Positions 18,413 to 31,931 of a DNA stretch of 64,000 bases are shown in pieces. Position numbers and translations under genes: made by a program. This DNA is from Auanema rhodensis (taxonomy: Eukaryota > Animalia > Nematoda). The notes beneath the pieces were generated by a model. That model made no database searches. It worked only from the letters and a program-made list of their open reading frames with translations, and had not been told where the DNA came from. Each line of letters begins with the position of its first letter. Positions within the stretch are counted from its first letter, which is position 1. The stretch is taken from the NCBI GenBank assembly GCA_964057225.1, contig OZ059894.1, positions 10,974,001-11,038,000 of the forward strand. Reading direction: 5' to 3'.

Positions 18413-19593
18413 ACAGTAAAAAGTCCAATCAAGAGAGAAATTTTTTCAACACATAGTTGTTTTTTTTTTAAATATCATTGTTTTTCCTCATAACTCGGTT
18501 TAAACTCGTTCTAACCCGTTGAAATACGTCTAGAAAGTCTTTATAACATGCATATGTATGATAGAACTTCATATTTATTGTAATAGAAAATTTTATTTTC
18601 AGACGTCTTGGTTAACAATGATATGTTTTACCCCCTTATAATTTTTATCATAATGTTCCTTATACGGAACGCTCAATGAAACTTGCTTCCAGAAAAATTT
18701 CTTTCTATTTTTTCTTCATATGTACGTAGATACTATAGAGAACTATGATAGAAAACTTTAACATTCACGAAATCATCATTTCTCATTACGCTACGGAGGT
18801 TTAAAAAGCTGTGTTTTACCTTATAATAGACCGGAAAACCCTTGTGTTAAAACTGGACCGTTTTTACACATATAAAAATGTCCCGTATTCGGGACCCTAA
18901 TGTAACTTTTGATTCCCTATATTTTTTTTCATGAAATTTACAATCTACTGTAGAAAGAAGAATTATTTTTATAAAAACTGTAAATTTTTGAAAAATGAAA
19001 ACAAAACGAAAACAAAAACAACTTTTTTTTGAACATTTTCTCACACAAGGGTCCCCCCTTACCTACTTTTTTTCTCATTACTCGTTTCAACCTCATCCGA
19101 TCACTCTGCAAACATGTTTAATCGTTCTAACTTGTTGAAATACGTCTTAAAAGTCTAAACAACATGCATATGCATAATAGAAACCACCCGAATAGGCCCC
19201 CACGCACTAAACGAGATATATACATTACCAGTATAGTAATAGAACACATATTGAAGATTAATTCGATAAGAACAATTTATTGACGTAGAGAATGTTTGTT
19301 CCGAAAAACTACAATATTAAACTATAAAAGTAACAAAAGCGTAGAGGCAGCAAAGACATGAATAAACATAAATGTAAATACAGAATTACCAGGTAGTACA
19401 TAAGTATGACAAAAAATTATAAGAAAGCCATGAAAATAGAAGGTTTGTGAACAAATGAGAGGTACATCTTTGATCGTATAGTCATTTCTAAACCGTTCGT
19501 ATGCTGCAGCATCGTCATAAGCGTCACTCAAGTTGAATTTCCATGTGTACTACACGATTTTCATTCTTATTGTTACATTCTTTCCCTGAGGGA

Positions 19594-19778
19594 ATGGGCC
19601 GTTCCCGCCAGCAGTGCAAGAGCGGGTCGACCCGTGAGGTGGAGCTAGCAAGCCAGCATCTACCTCAAGTCTCAAAAATCGGTTAACCTTATTGTGAACC
19701 AATGGAACACATATCGAAGGTTAATTCGATAAGAACGATTACTACACTTTGATCTTAGCCAAAAGGCCGAGAAGCGAT
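19594..19778 (-). ncRNA. U2: U2 snRNA
   Basis: Array copy. Confidence 0.95.
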
Positions 19779-20220
19779 ACAGCATAGCCATGAGTATCAA
19801 AGACATCAAGCAAATGTATCGTACTTGTTACGAGTGCACTCTCTCAGTTGAATATAAAAGTGTGGTTTGACAATCTTGACTGTACAGGTCATAAATGGCT
19901 CATATAAACTGTGGATTTACTCAACTTTTGGACTTATTTTTTTCTTATTCGAAGCGCTGCACTTTTTTCTATTCTTTTTATTCAAATACTTGTATATAGT
20001 TTTATATGTACGGTTGCAAAGTTTCCGAATATTTTATATATTTTTATACAATAATTAGGAGAAGGTTAATACAATGAAATCTCCCAACTTTACAGTGTTT
20101 GTATTGCTTACAGTATCTAGAACAACCACTCTTGTAATATTAGAGCACATATCAATCAACAACTTTTTCTAGTTATCAAAGCTTTTTTATTTCTTCAAGA
20201 TATTTCAAATAAAATATAAA

Positions 20221-20339
20221 AGCTTACGACACCCGGGATTCCCAAGCCGTCTCCGATCCAAGTACTAACCGGGCCCAACGTTGCTTGACTTGCCAGATCG
20301 GACGGGATGGCGTACTTTCAACGTGGTATGGTCGTAAGC
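20221..20339 (-). rRNA. 5S: 5S rRNA
   Basis: Array copy. Confidence 0.95.
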
Positions 20340-20580
20340 AATGTTATATTCTTCATTATCAGTTATATCACTCTAAATCTTGTTGTTAATAGTTAGGACC
20401 ACAAAGAAAACAACAGGAACAGTAACAAATGAAATGCCCAAACTTTACAGTGTTCGAGTTATTTACAGTATCTAAGACTACCTCTGTCGTGTTATTAGAG
20501 CAAACATTCGATTAACAACAACTTTTTTTTAGTTATCAAAGCTTTTTTATTTCTTCAAAAAATTTCAAATAAAATATAAA

Positions 20581-20699
20581 AGCTTACGACACCCGGGATT
20601 CCCAAGCCGTCTCCGATCCAAGTACTAACCTGGCCCAACGTTGCTTGACTTGCCAGATCGGACGGGATGGCGTACTTTCAACGTGGTATGGTCGTAAGC
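20581..20699 (-). rRNA. 5S: 5S rRNA
   Basis: Array copy. Confidence 0.95.
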
Positions 20700-20841
20700 A
20701 ATGTCATATTCTTCATTATCAGTTATATCACTCTAAATCTTGTTGTTAATAGATACGACCACAAAGAAAACAACAGGAACAGTAACAATAACAAAAAAAA
20801 TTTTTTTTTCACCTATGTGTCTAAAGGTTAGCCATGTATCC

Positions 20842-20877
<36 letters not shown>

Positions 20878-22058
20878 ACAGTAAAAAGTCCAATCAAGAG
20901 AGAAATTTTTTCAACACATAGTTGTTTTTTTTTTAAATATCATTGTTTTTCCTCATAACTCGGTTTAAACTCGTTCTAACCCGTTGAAATACGTCTAGAA
21001 AGTCTTTATAACATGCATATGTATGATAGAACTTCATATTTATTGTAATAGAAAATTTTATTTTCAGACGTCTTGGTTAACAATGATATGTTTTACCCCG
21101 TTATAATTTTTATCATAATGTTCCTTATACGGAACGCTCAATGAAACTTGCTTCCAGAAAAATTTCTTTCTATTTTTTCTTCATATGTACGTAGATACTA
21201 TAGAGAACTATGATAGAAAACTTTAACATTCACGAAATCATCATTTCTCATTACGCTACGGAGGTTTAAAAAGCTGTGTTTTACCTTATAATAGACCGGA
21301 AAACCCTTGTGTTAAAACTGGACCGTTTTTACACATATAAAAATGTCCCGTATTCGGGACCCTAATGTAACTTTTGATTCCCTATATTTTTTTTCATGAA
21401 ATTTACAATCTACTGTAGAAAGAAGAATTATTTTTATAAAAACTGTAAATTTTTGAAAAATGAAAACAAAACGAAAACAAAAACAACTTTTTTTTGAACA
21501 TTTTCTCACACAAGGGTCCCCCCTTACCTACTTTTTTTCTCATTACTCGTTTCAACCTCATCCGATCACTCTGCAAACATGTTTAATCGTTCTAACTTGT
21601 TGAAATACGTCTTAAAAGTCTAAACAACATGCATATGCATAATAGAAACCACCCGAATAGGCCCCCACGCACTAAACGAGATATATACATTACCAGTATA
21701 GTAATAGAACACATATTGAAGATTAATTCGATAAGAACAATTTATTGACGTAGAGAATGTTTGTTCCGAAAAACTACAATATTAAACTATAAAAGTAACA
21801 AAAGCGTAGAGGCAGCAAAGACATGAATAAACATAAATGTAAATACAGAATTACCAGGTAGTACATAAGTATGACAAAAAATTATAAGAAAGCCATGAAA
21901 ATAGAAGGTTTGTGAACAAATGAGAGGTACATCTTTGATCGTATAGTCATTTCTAAACCGTTCGTATGCTGCAGCATCGTCATAAGCGTCACTCAAGTTG
22001 AATTTCCATGTGTACTACACGATTTTCATTCTTATTGTTACATTCTTTCCCTGAGGGA

Positions 22059-22243
22059 ATGGGCCGTTCCCGCCAGCAGTGCAAGAGCGGGTCGACCCGT
22101 GAGGTGGAGCTAGCAAGCCAGCATCTACCTCAAGTCTCAAAAATCGGTTAACCTTATTGTGAACCAATGGAACACATATCGAAGGTTAATTCGATAAGAA
22201 CGATTACTACACTTTGATCTTAGCCAAAAGGCCGAGAAGCGAT
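22059..22243 (-). ncRNA. U2: U2 snRNA
   Basis: Array copy. Confidence 0.95.
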
Positions 22244-22685
22244 ACAGCATAGCCATGAGTATCAAAGACATCAAGCAAATGTATCGTACTTGTTACGAGT
22301 GCACTCTCTCAGTTGAATATAAAAGTGTGGTTTGACAATCTTGACTGTACAGGTCATAAATGGCTCATATAAACTGTGGATTTACTCAACTTTTGGACTT
22401 ATTTTTTTCTTATTCGAAGCGCTGCACTTTTTTCTATTCTTTTTATTCAAATACTTGTATATAGTTTTATATGTACGGTTGCAAAGTTTCCGAATATTTT
22501 ATATATTTTTATACAATAATTAGGAGAAGGTTAATACAATGAAATCTCCCAACTTTACAGTGTTTGTATTGCTTACAGTATCTAGAACAACCACTCTTGT
22601 AATATTAGAGCACATATCAATCAACAACTTTTTCTAGTTATCAAAGCTTTTTTATTTCTTCAAGATATTTCAAATAAAATATAAA

Positions 22686-22804
22686 AGCTTACGACACCCG
22701 GGATTCCCAAGCCGTCTCCGATCCAAGTACTAACCGGGCCCAACGTTGCTTGACTTGCCAGATCGGACGGGATGGCGTACTTTCAACGTGGTATGGTCGT
22801 AAGC
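22686..22804 (-). rRNA. 5S: 5S rRNA
   Basis: Array copy. Confidence 0.95.
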
Positions 22805-23045
22805 AATGTTATATTCTTCATTATCAGTTATATCACTCTAAATCTTGTTGTTAATAGTTAGGACCACAAAGAAAACAACAGGAACAGTAACAAATGAAAT
22901 GCCCAAACTTTACAGTGTTCGAGTTATTTACAGTATCTAAGACTACCTCTGTCGTGTTATTAGAGCAAACATTCGATTAACAACAACTTTTTTTTAGTTA
23001 TCAAAGCTTTTTTATTTCTTCAAAAAATTTCAAATAAAATATAAA

Positions 23046-23164
23046 AGCTTACGACACCCGGGATTCCCAAGCCGTCTCCGATCCAAGTACTAACCTGGCC
23101 CAACGTTGCTTGACTTGCCAGATCGGACGGGATGGCGTACTTTCAACGTGGTATGGTCGTAAGC
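23046..23164 (-). rRNA. 5S: 5S rRNA
   Basis: Array copy. Confidence 0.95.
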
Positions 23165-23306
23165 AATGTCATATTCTTCATTATCAGTTATATCACTCTA
23201 AATCTTGTTGTTAATAGATACGACCACAAAGAAAACAACAGGAACAGTAACAATAACAAAAAAAATTTTTTTTTCACCTATGTGTCTAAAGGTTAGCCAT
23301 GTATCC

Positions 23307-23344
<38 letters not shown>

Positions 23345-24525
23345 ACAGTAAAAAGTCCAATCAAGAGAGAAATTTTTTCAACACATAGTTGTTTTTTTTT
23401 TAAATATCATTGTTTTTCCTCATAACTCGGTTTAAACTCGTTCTAACCCGTTGAAATACGTCTAGAAAGTCTTTATAACATGCATATGTATGATAGAACT
23501 TCATATTTATTGTAATAGAAAATTTTATTTTCAGACGTCTTGGTTAACAATGATATGTTTTACCCCGTTATAATTTTTATCATAATGTTCCTTATACGGA
23601 ACGCTCAATGAAACTTGCTTCCAGAAAAATTTCTTTCTATTTTTTCTTCATATGTACGTAGATACTATAGAGAACTATGATAGAAAACTTTAACATTCAC
23701 GAAATCATCATTTCTCATTACGCTACGGAGGTTTAAAAAGCTGTGTTTTACCTTATAATAGACCGGAAAACCCTTGTGTTAAAACTGGACCGTTTTTACA
23801 CATATAAAAATGTCCCGTATTCGGGACCCTAATGTAACTTTTGATTCCCTATATTTTTTTTCATGAAATTTACAATCTACTGTAGAAAGAAGAATTATTT
23901 TTATAAAAACTGTAAATTTTTGAAAAATGAAAACAAAACGAAAACAAAAACAACTTTTTTTTGAACATTTTCTCACACAAGGGTCCCCCCTTACCTACTT
24001 TTTTTCTCATTACTCGTTTCAACCTCATCCGATCACTCTGCAAACATGTTTAATCGTTCTAACTTGTTGAAATACGTCTTAAAAGTCTAAACAACATGCA
24101 TATGCATAATAGAAACCACCCGAATAGGCCCCCACGCACTAAACGAGATATATACATTACCAGTATAGTAATAGAACACATATTGAAGATTAATTCGATA
24201 AGAACAATTTATTGACGTAGAGAATGTTTGTTCCGAAAAACTACAATATTAAACTATAAAAGTAACAAAAGCGTAGAGGCAGCAAAGACATGAATAAACA
24301 TAAATGTAAATACAGAATTACCAGGTAGTACATAAGTATGACAAAAAATTATAAGAAAGCCATGAAAATAGAAGGTTTGTGAACAAATGAGAGGTACATC
24401 TTTGATCGTATAGTCATTTCTAAACCGTTCGTATGCTGCAGCATCGTCATAAGCGTCACTCAAGTTGAATTTCCATGTGTACTACACGATTTTCATTCTT
24501 ATTGTTACATTCTTTCCCTGAGGGA

Positions 24526-24710
24526 ATGGGCCGTTCCCGCCAGCAGTGCAAGAGCGGGTCGACCCGTGAGGTGGAGCTAGCAAGCCAGCATCTACCTCAA
24601 GTCTCAAAAATCGGTTAACCTTATTGTGAACCAATGGAACACATATCGAAGGTTAATTCGATAAGAACGATTACTACACTTTGATCTTAGCCAAAAGGCC
24701 GAGAAGCGAT
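24526..24710 (-). ncRNA. U2: U2 snRNA
   Basis: Array copy. Confidence 0.95.
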
Positions 24711-25152
24711 ACAGCATAGCCATGAGTATCAAAGACATCAAGCAAATGTATCGTACTTGTTACGAGTGCACTCTCTCATTTGAATATAAAAGTGTGGTTT
24801 GACAATCTTGACTGTACAGGTCATAAATGGCTCATATAAACTGTGGATTTACTCAACTTTTGGACTTATTTTTTTCTTATTCGAAGCGCTGCACTTTTTT
24901 CTATTCTTTTTATTCAAATACTTGTATATAGTTTTATATGTACGGTTGCAAAGTTTCCGAATATTTTATATATTTTTATACAATAACTAGGAGAAGGTTA
25001 ATACAATGAAATCTCCCAACTTTACAGTGTTTGTATTGCTTACAGTATCTAGAACAACCACTCTTGTAATATTAGAGCACATATCAATCAACAACTTTTT
25101 CTAGTTATCAAAGCTTTTTTATTTCTTCAAGATATTTCAAATAAAATATAAA

Positions 25153-25271
25153 AGCTTACGACACCCGGGATTCCCAAGCCGTCTCCGATCCAAGTACTAA
25201 CCGGGCCCAACGTTGCTTGACTTGCCAGATCGGACGGGATGGCGTACTTTCAACGTGGTATGGTCGTAAGC
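25153..25271 (-). rRNA. 5S: 5S rRNA
   Basis: Array copy. Confidence 0.95.
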
Positions 25272-25512
25272 AATGTTATATTCTTCATTATCAGTTATAT
25301 CACTCTAAATCTTGTTGTTAATAGTTAGGACCACAAAGAAAACAACAGGAACAGTAACAAATGAAATGCCCAAACTTTACAGTGTTCGAGTTATTTACAG
25401 TATCTAAGACTACCTCTGTCGTGTTATTAGAGCAAACATTCGATTAACAACAACTTTTTTTTAGTTATCAAAGCTTTTTTATTTCTTCAAAAAATTTCAA
25501 ATAAAATATAAA

Positions 25513-25631
25513 AGCTTACGACACCCGGGATTCCCAAGCCGTCTCCGATCCAAGTACTAACCGGCCCCAACGTTGCTTGACTTGCCAGATCGGACGGGAT
25601 GGCGTACTTTCAACGTGGTATGGTCGTAAGC
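25513..25631 (-). rRNA. 5S: 5S rRNA
   Basis: Array copy, one substitution. Confidence 0.95.
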
Positions 25632-25773
25632 AATGTCATATTCTTCATTATCAGTTATATCACTCTAAATCTTGTTGTTAATAGATACGACCACAAAGAA
25701 AACAACAGGAACAGTAACAATAACAAAAAAAATTTTTTTTTCACCTATGTGTCTAAAGGTTAGCCATGTATCC

Positions 25774-25817
<44 letters not shown>

Positions 25818-26998
25818 ACAGTAAAAAGTCCAATCAAGAGAGAAATTTTTTCAACACATAGTTGTTTTTTTTTTAAATATCATTGTTTTTCCTCATAACT
25901 CGGTTTAAACTCGTTCTAACCCGTTGAAATACGTCTAGAAAGTCTTTATAACATGCATATGTATGATAGAACTTCATATTTATTGTAATAGAAAATTTTA
26001 TTTTCAGACGTCTTGGTTAACAATGATATGTTTTACCCCCTTATAATTTTTATCATAATGTTCCTTATACGGAACGCTCAATGAAACTTGCTTCCAGAAA
26101 AATTTCTTTCTATTTTTTCTTCATATGTACGTAGATACTATAGAGAACTATGATAGAAAACTTTAACATTCACGAAATCATCATTTCTCATTACGCTACG
26201 GAGGTTTAAAAAGCTGTGTTTTACCTTATAATAGACCGGAAAACCCTTGTGTTAAAACTGGACCGTTTTTACACATATAAAAATGTCCCGTATTCGGGAC
26301 CCTAATGTAACTTTTGATTCCCTATATTTTTTTTCATGAAATTTACAATCTACTGTAGAAAGAAGAATTATTTTTATAAAAACTGTAAATTTTTGAAAAA
26401 TGAAAACAAAACGAAAACAAAAACAACTTTTTTTTGAACATTTTCTCACACAAGGGTCCCCCCTTACCTACTTTTTTTCTCATTACTCGTTTCAACCTCA
26501 TCCGATCACTCTGCAAACATGTTTAATCGTTCTAACTTGTTGAAATACGTCTTAAAAGTCTAAACAACATGCATATGCATAATAGAAACCACCCGAATAG
26601 GCCCCCACGCACTAAACGAGATATATACATTACCAGTATAGTAATAGAACACATATTGAAGATTAATTCGATAAGAACAATTTATTGACGTAGAGAATGT
26701 TTGTTCCGAAAAACTACAATATTAAACTATAAAAGTAACAAAAGCGTAGAGGCAGCAAAGACATGAATAAACATAAATGTAAATACAGAATTACCAGGTA
26801 GTACATAAGTATGACAAAAAATTATAAGAAAGCCATGAAAATAGAAGGTTTGTGAACAAATGAGAGGTACATCTTTGATCGTATAGTCATTTCTAAACCG
26901 TTCGTATGCTGCAGCATCGTCATAAGCGTCACTCAAGTTGAATTTCCATGTGTACTACACGATTTTCATTCTTATTGTTACATTCTTTCCCTGAGGGA

Positions 26999-27146
26999 AT
27001 GGGCCGTTCCCGCCAGCAGTGCAAGAGCGGGTCGACCCGTGAGGTGGAGCTAGCAAGCCAGCATCTACCTCAAGTCTCAAAAATCGGTTAACCTTATTGT
27101 GAACCAATGGAACACATATCGAAGGTTAATTCGATAAGAACGATTA
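26999..27146 (-). pseudogene. U2: U2 snRNA 3' part (from nt 38-40) left by retrotransposon insertion
   Basis: U2 match stops at ...AAGAACGATTA|ATGGTTTATT. Confidence 0.93.
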
Positions 27147-29781
27147 ATGGTTTATTGAATAACTAATGTTATGATACAATAACTAACCAATAAGAAAGAG
27201 CCCAGAACCGGGGAGACGGTCTTACCAGTACAACTTCAAACAGCAAGTGATTAAAAAGTACATAATAAGACAGATTACCAACAGGGGCTAAAACAACTCA
27301 AGAGTCGGGGGAGTGGGTTAAAAAAGTAATGAATAACAAAAAAAAAAAAATGAATACTAAAGCAGAACAATGAAAATTAAATATCAAGTACCGCTATGAT
27401 CAGACAATTTGAGTGCCTACGGCAATGGTGTTAAAAATAAACAACAAAATACATGTACCAATGAAGGTCAGAAAGAAAGAAAAAAAGACAAAAATAAGTA
27501 ATACAAAAAGTAAATACATTACAATCGAATCACAAACAAGTCAATGGATAATTTCTTCTTCATACTGGCTTACACCAGAAACATGTTCCACGTAGATATT
27601 CCTGGCCCACTTGATGGTATCGGCGACGACGAGCTTCTCCATTAGCCGGTTGTAGTGGCTGCTGATCTTGAGTGATCGAAGGGCTTGTCCGTTGAGCGGG
27701 TCCATAGTTCCAAGCATTCCTACGACATACGCTTCTACACTAGTCTTATAACCAAGACATTGGTATTGGCTGGCTATGTCAGCATATTTCCTCTCCTTTA
27801 TCATACGCGCGGCTATCATGGCTTGTCGGCGGTTTTCATAGCTCACTGTAACATCAACGATACTATAGTGTTTTGCGTCATGATTGACCACTACTATGTC
27901 AGGTCGGAGTGTACTATTAATGCCAGGAAGAGGCTGGTTAGTGTAAACTTCTCCGTTTTTAGGCTCTGGCAGTGCTTTGATAAGACGGTCCACGATGTTG
28001 TTGTGGCGGAGTTGGATTGCTCTCGTGTGAGAGTGGCAGTGTCCAAGAACATGTGCAGCAGTTTCGTTGGAGTAACTACACCTGCGGCACTGTTTGTTTC
28101 CTTCTCCGTGTCTTCTACAGCCATTGAGCTGGAGAGTATTGAGTCGAGCCTTGTGGATGAATCGCCAATCAGCAAACCGTATGAAATCTCCCTTCGCCAT
28201 AAAGTGATTGGACGCTTTGTTGAGCATTGTGACATCAAAGACTTTCCCTTGATCCGGTTTTTGAAGAAGGATCCGAAGGTCTTTCAGCCATAATGCACGT
28301 CGCAGGCTTCTGTGGCATAGTGAAGGTGTTAACAGTTGGTTGTTTAGATTGAGTTCTAAACCACTTTCGAGGCATGTCCAGTTAGCGTTGATGAGTTTCT
28401 TGAGTTGACGCATTGCTACTCTTACTCTAGTCCAGATGGAGGAAACATCAGATGTTTCGGTGTCGAAAATGCCATCAACGGAACCGTTGTAATATGCAGC
28501 TGTCTCATCGTTACTGGCTTGACGTTTAATCCTTTTTGATGCTACTTTTTTTGAGTCTTGATGCGCAATATCAGCTACTACAAGATCAGATGACTTCAAA
28601 AGTTGGTAGGCATGAGTGACTTCACAGACGTCTGACAGGTGTTGGAGTCGAGAGAGACCAAGTCCGCCGTAGTTAGTTGGCAGGTAGATTGGTTCAGCAC
28701 TGGCGTTTGGAGGATAGTGCATCCATCTACGGGCACAACGTTTGAGTTCTTTGTCAAAGGCGACTAGTTTACTCTTTGGGACGTGGCCATTCGTCATATG
28801 AAAATTAAGGCAGGGCATCAGGAAGGTGCGTACTGCGTCAGCTTTCTGCCATTCAGCAAGTAAGGATTTGTCAATTTTTTCCAAGTGTTGACTCATAATA
28901 TTCACTGTTGGAACCGCAGACTTATGTAAATGCATTCCAGTAGGGATTCCCAGGTGGGAGTAGCTGTCAAATTTGCTAAGAGCGGGTAGAGAGCAGCTCT
29001 GAAGCATGTATGAAGCTGTTGATATTTTCCCTTTGTCGATCGTCAAAGTGGCGCATTTCGCTGGTTTGAAGGTTAAGCCTGTGAAATTAGCCGCATTTGA
29101 TGCTGCGTCCAACATTTTCTGTAGATCTTCTGATGATGAGGAGACCAGGGCAAGGTCATCGGCGTACGCTAGCACAGCGATGTTGTGGTTGTGTAGCTTA
29201 TAGCCTGTAGAAGTTTCCAAGATGGTTTTAATTAGAGGTTCAATGGCAAGGTTGAACAGGATTGGAGATAGTGGGGATCCTTGTAACACACCTGCGTGAA
29301 CTGGGATGGTCGAAGTGAGTCCGGATCCTGTCTGGATTCTTGTAGAGGCATCTGTGTATAGAGCTCGTACTCGGGATATTGAGGCTTCAGCCATTCCTGA
29401 CCATCTTAGAACGTCTAGCAGAGTTTCGTGTGGCAGCGATCCAAAAGCGTTTGCGAGATCAAGCCAAGCAATTGCAATTTTCTCACGTTTACGTTTAGCG
29501 TCTGCAATGGTACTTTGCAACAAAAAGTTGTGTTCCATGCATCCAGCTTTGGCCACAAAGCCCTTTTGGGAGGGAGAAAGTCTTTTTTCTGCTCTTGCCC
29601 ATGTTAGCAGTCGATGCGTAAGACAAGCTGAGTACGTCTTACCAATTGTGCACGAAAGTGCTATTGGTCGCCAGTTGTTAATGTCAGCTTTATCACCTTT
29701 CTTATGGATGAGGACGGTGGTCGACTCTTTCCAGGAAAAAGGGATGTGTCCTAGCTTGTGTACGGTGTTAAAAATCGCAAA
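27147..29781 (-). mobile_element. 5'-truncated U2-targeting RLE non-LTR retrotransposon (Utopia/NeSL-like), copy 1
   Basis: RT + CCHC + PD-(D/E)xK ORF, ~395-nt 3' UTR ending AATAAACCAT at the U2 junction; 5' end truncated inside RT; left boundary ambiguous by 2 nt, right boundary approximate. Confidence 0.92.
27541..29781 (-). CDS. N-terminally truncated reverse transcriptase / restriction-like endonuclease
   Basis: Frame stays open upstream of 29556 (AIFN..IPFSWKESTTVLIHKKGD..NWRPIAL); WLDLANAFGS, GVLQGSPLSPILFN, YADD, CRRC...H....C, RHN, RPD..D..KERKY. Confidence 0.92.
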   Translation of the reverse strand, partial: FAIFNTVHKLGHIPFSWKESTTVLIHKKGDKADINNWRPIALSCTIGKTYSACLTHRLLTWARAEKRLSPSQKGFVAKAGCMEHNFLLQSTIADAKRKREKIAIAWLDLANAFGSLPHETLLDVLRWSGMAEASISRVRALYTDASTRIQTGSGLTSTIPVHAGVLQGSPLSPILFNLAIEPLIKTILETSTGYKLHNHNIAVLAYADDLALVSSSSEDLQKMLDAASNAANFTGLTFKPAKCATLTIDKGKISTASYMLQSCSLPALSKFDSYSHLGIPTGMHLHKSAVPTVNIMSQHLEKIDKSLLAEWQKADAVRTFLMPCLNFHMTNGHVPKSKLVAFDKELKRCARRWMHYPPNASAEPIYLPTNYGGLGLSRLQHLSDVCEVTHAYQLLKSSDLVVADIAHQDSKKVASKRIKRQASNDETAAYYNGSVDGIFDTETSDVSSIWTRVRVAMRQLKKLINANWTCLESGLELNLNNQLLTPSLCHRSLRRALWLKDLRILLQKPDQGKVFDVTMLNKASNHFMAKGDFIRFADWRFIHKARLNTLQLNGCRRHGEGNKQCRRCSYSNETAAHVLGHCHSHTRAIQLRHNNIVDRLIKALPEPKNGEVYTNQPLPGINSTLRPDIVVVNHDAKHYSIVDVTVSYENRRQAMIAARMIKERKYADIASQYQCLGYKTSVEAYVVGMLGTMDPLNGQALRSLKISSHYNRLMEKLVVADTIKWARNIYVEHVSGVSQYEEEIIH

Positions 29782-30944
29782 TAAAAATTAAAAAAAAAAA
29801 TTTAAAAATAAAAATTTTTTAAATATCATTGTTTTTCCTCATAACTCGGTTTAAACTCGTTCTAACCCGTTGAAATACGTCTAGAAAGTCTTTATAACAT
29901 GCATATGTATGATAGAACTTCATATTTATTGTAATAGAAAATTTTATTTTCAGACGTCTTGGTTAACAATGATATGTTTTACCCCCTTATAATTTTTATC
30001 ATAATGTTCCTTATACGGAACGCTCAATGAAACTTGCTTCCAGAAAAATTTCTTTCTATTTTTTCTTCATATGTACGTAGATACTATAGAGAACTATGAT
30101 AGAAAACTTTAACATTCACGAAATCATCATTTCTCATTACGCTACGGAGGTTTAAAAAGCTGTGTTTTACCTTATAATAGACCGGAAAACCCTTGTGTTA
30201 AAACTGGACCGTTTTTACACATATAAAAATGTCCCGTATTCGGGACCCTAATGTAACTTTTGATTCCCTATATTTTTTTTCATGAAATTTACAATCTACT
30301 GTAGAAAGAAGAATTATTTTTATAAAAACTGTAAATTTTTGAAAAATGAAAACAAAACGAAAACAAAAACAACTTTTTTTTGAACATTTTCTCACACAAG
30401 GGTCCTCCCTTACCTACTTTTTTTCTCATTACTCGTTTCAACCTCATCCGATCACTCTGCAAACATGTTTAATCGTTCTAACTTGTTGAAATACGTCTTA
30501 AAAGTCTAAACAACATGCATATGCATAATAGAAACCACCCGAATAGGCCCCCACGCACTAAACGAGATATATACATTACCAGTATAGTAATAGAACACAT
30601 ATTGAAGATTAATTCCATAAGAACAATTTATTGACGTAGAGAATGTTTGTTCCGAAAAACTACAATATTAAACTATAAAAGTAACAAAAGCGTAGAGGCA
30701 GCAAAGACATGAATAAACATAAATGTAAATACAGAATTACCAGGTAGTACATAAGTATGACAAAAAATTATAAGAAAGCCATGACAATAGAAGGTTTGTG
30801 AACAAATGAGAGGTACATCTTTGATCGTATAGTCATTTCTAAACCGTTCGTATGCTGCAGCATCGTCATAAGCGTCATTCAAGTTGAATTTCCATGTGTA
30901 CTACACGATTTTCATTCTTATTGTTACATTCTTTCCCTGAGGGA

Positions 30945-31129
30945 ATGGGCCGTTCCCGCCAGCAGTGCAAGAGCGGGTCGACCCGTGAGGTGGAGCTAGC
31001 AAGCCAGCATCTACCTCAAGTCTCAAAAATCGGTTAACCTTATTGTGAACCAATGGAACACATATCGAAGGTTAATTCGATAAGAACGATTACTACACTT
31101 TGATCTTAGCCAAAAGGCCGAGAAGCGAT
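30945..31129 (-). ncRNA. U2: U2 snRNA
   Basis: Array copy. Confidence 0.95.
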
Positions 31130-31571
31130 ACAGCATAGCCATGAGTATCAAAGACATCAAGCAAATGTATCGTACTTGTTACGAGTGCACTCTCTCATTT
31201 GAATATAAAAGTGTGGTTTGACAATCTTGACTGTACAGGTCATAAATGGCTCATATAAACTGTGGATTTACTCAACTTTTGGACTTATTTTTTTCTTATT
31301 CGAAGCGCTGCACTTTTTTCTATTCTTTTTATTCAAATACTTGTATATAGTTTTATATGTACGGTTGCAAAGTTTCCGAATATTTTATATATTTTTATAC
31401 AATAATTAGGAGAAGGTTAATACAATGAAATCTCCCAACTTTACAGTGTTTGTATTGCTTACAGTATCTAGAACAACCACTCTTGTAATATTAGAGCACA
31501 TATCAATCAACAACTTTTTCTAGTTATCAAAGCTTTTTTATTTCTTCAAGATATTTCAAATAAAATATAAA

Positions 31572-31690
31572 AGCTTACGACACCCGGGATTCCCAAGCCG
31601 TCTCCGATCCAAGTACTAACCGGGCCCAACGTTGCTTGACTTGCCAGATCGGACGGGATGGCGTACTTTCAACGTGGTATGGTCGTAAGC
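31572..31690 (-). rRNA. 5S: 5S rRNA
   Basis: Array copy. Confidence 0.95.
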
Positions 31691-31931
31691 AATGTTATAT
31701 TCTTCATTATCAGTTATATCACTCTAAATCTTGTTGTTAATAGTTAGGACCACAAAGAAAACAACAGGAACAGTAACAAATGAAATGCCCAAACTTTACA
31801 GTGTTCGAGTTATTTACAGTATCTAAGACTACCTCTGTCGTGTTATTAGAGCAAACATTCGATTAACAACAACTTTTTTTTAGTTATCAAAGCTTTTTTA
31901 TTTCTTCAAAAAATTTCAAATAAAATATAAA

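Noticed and set aside
29554-29556. GTG at 29556 (and 38413, 9, 3404) as true start codons
   Set aside because: Eukaryotic context; frames extend upstream to a truncation or window edge, or an ATG follows closely
27685-29791. Plus-strand ORFs of 202 and 161 aa overlapping the non-LTR element (also 36542, 38163, 50336)
   Set aside because: Antisense shadows of the RT/RLE frame with no recognisable motifs
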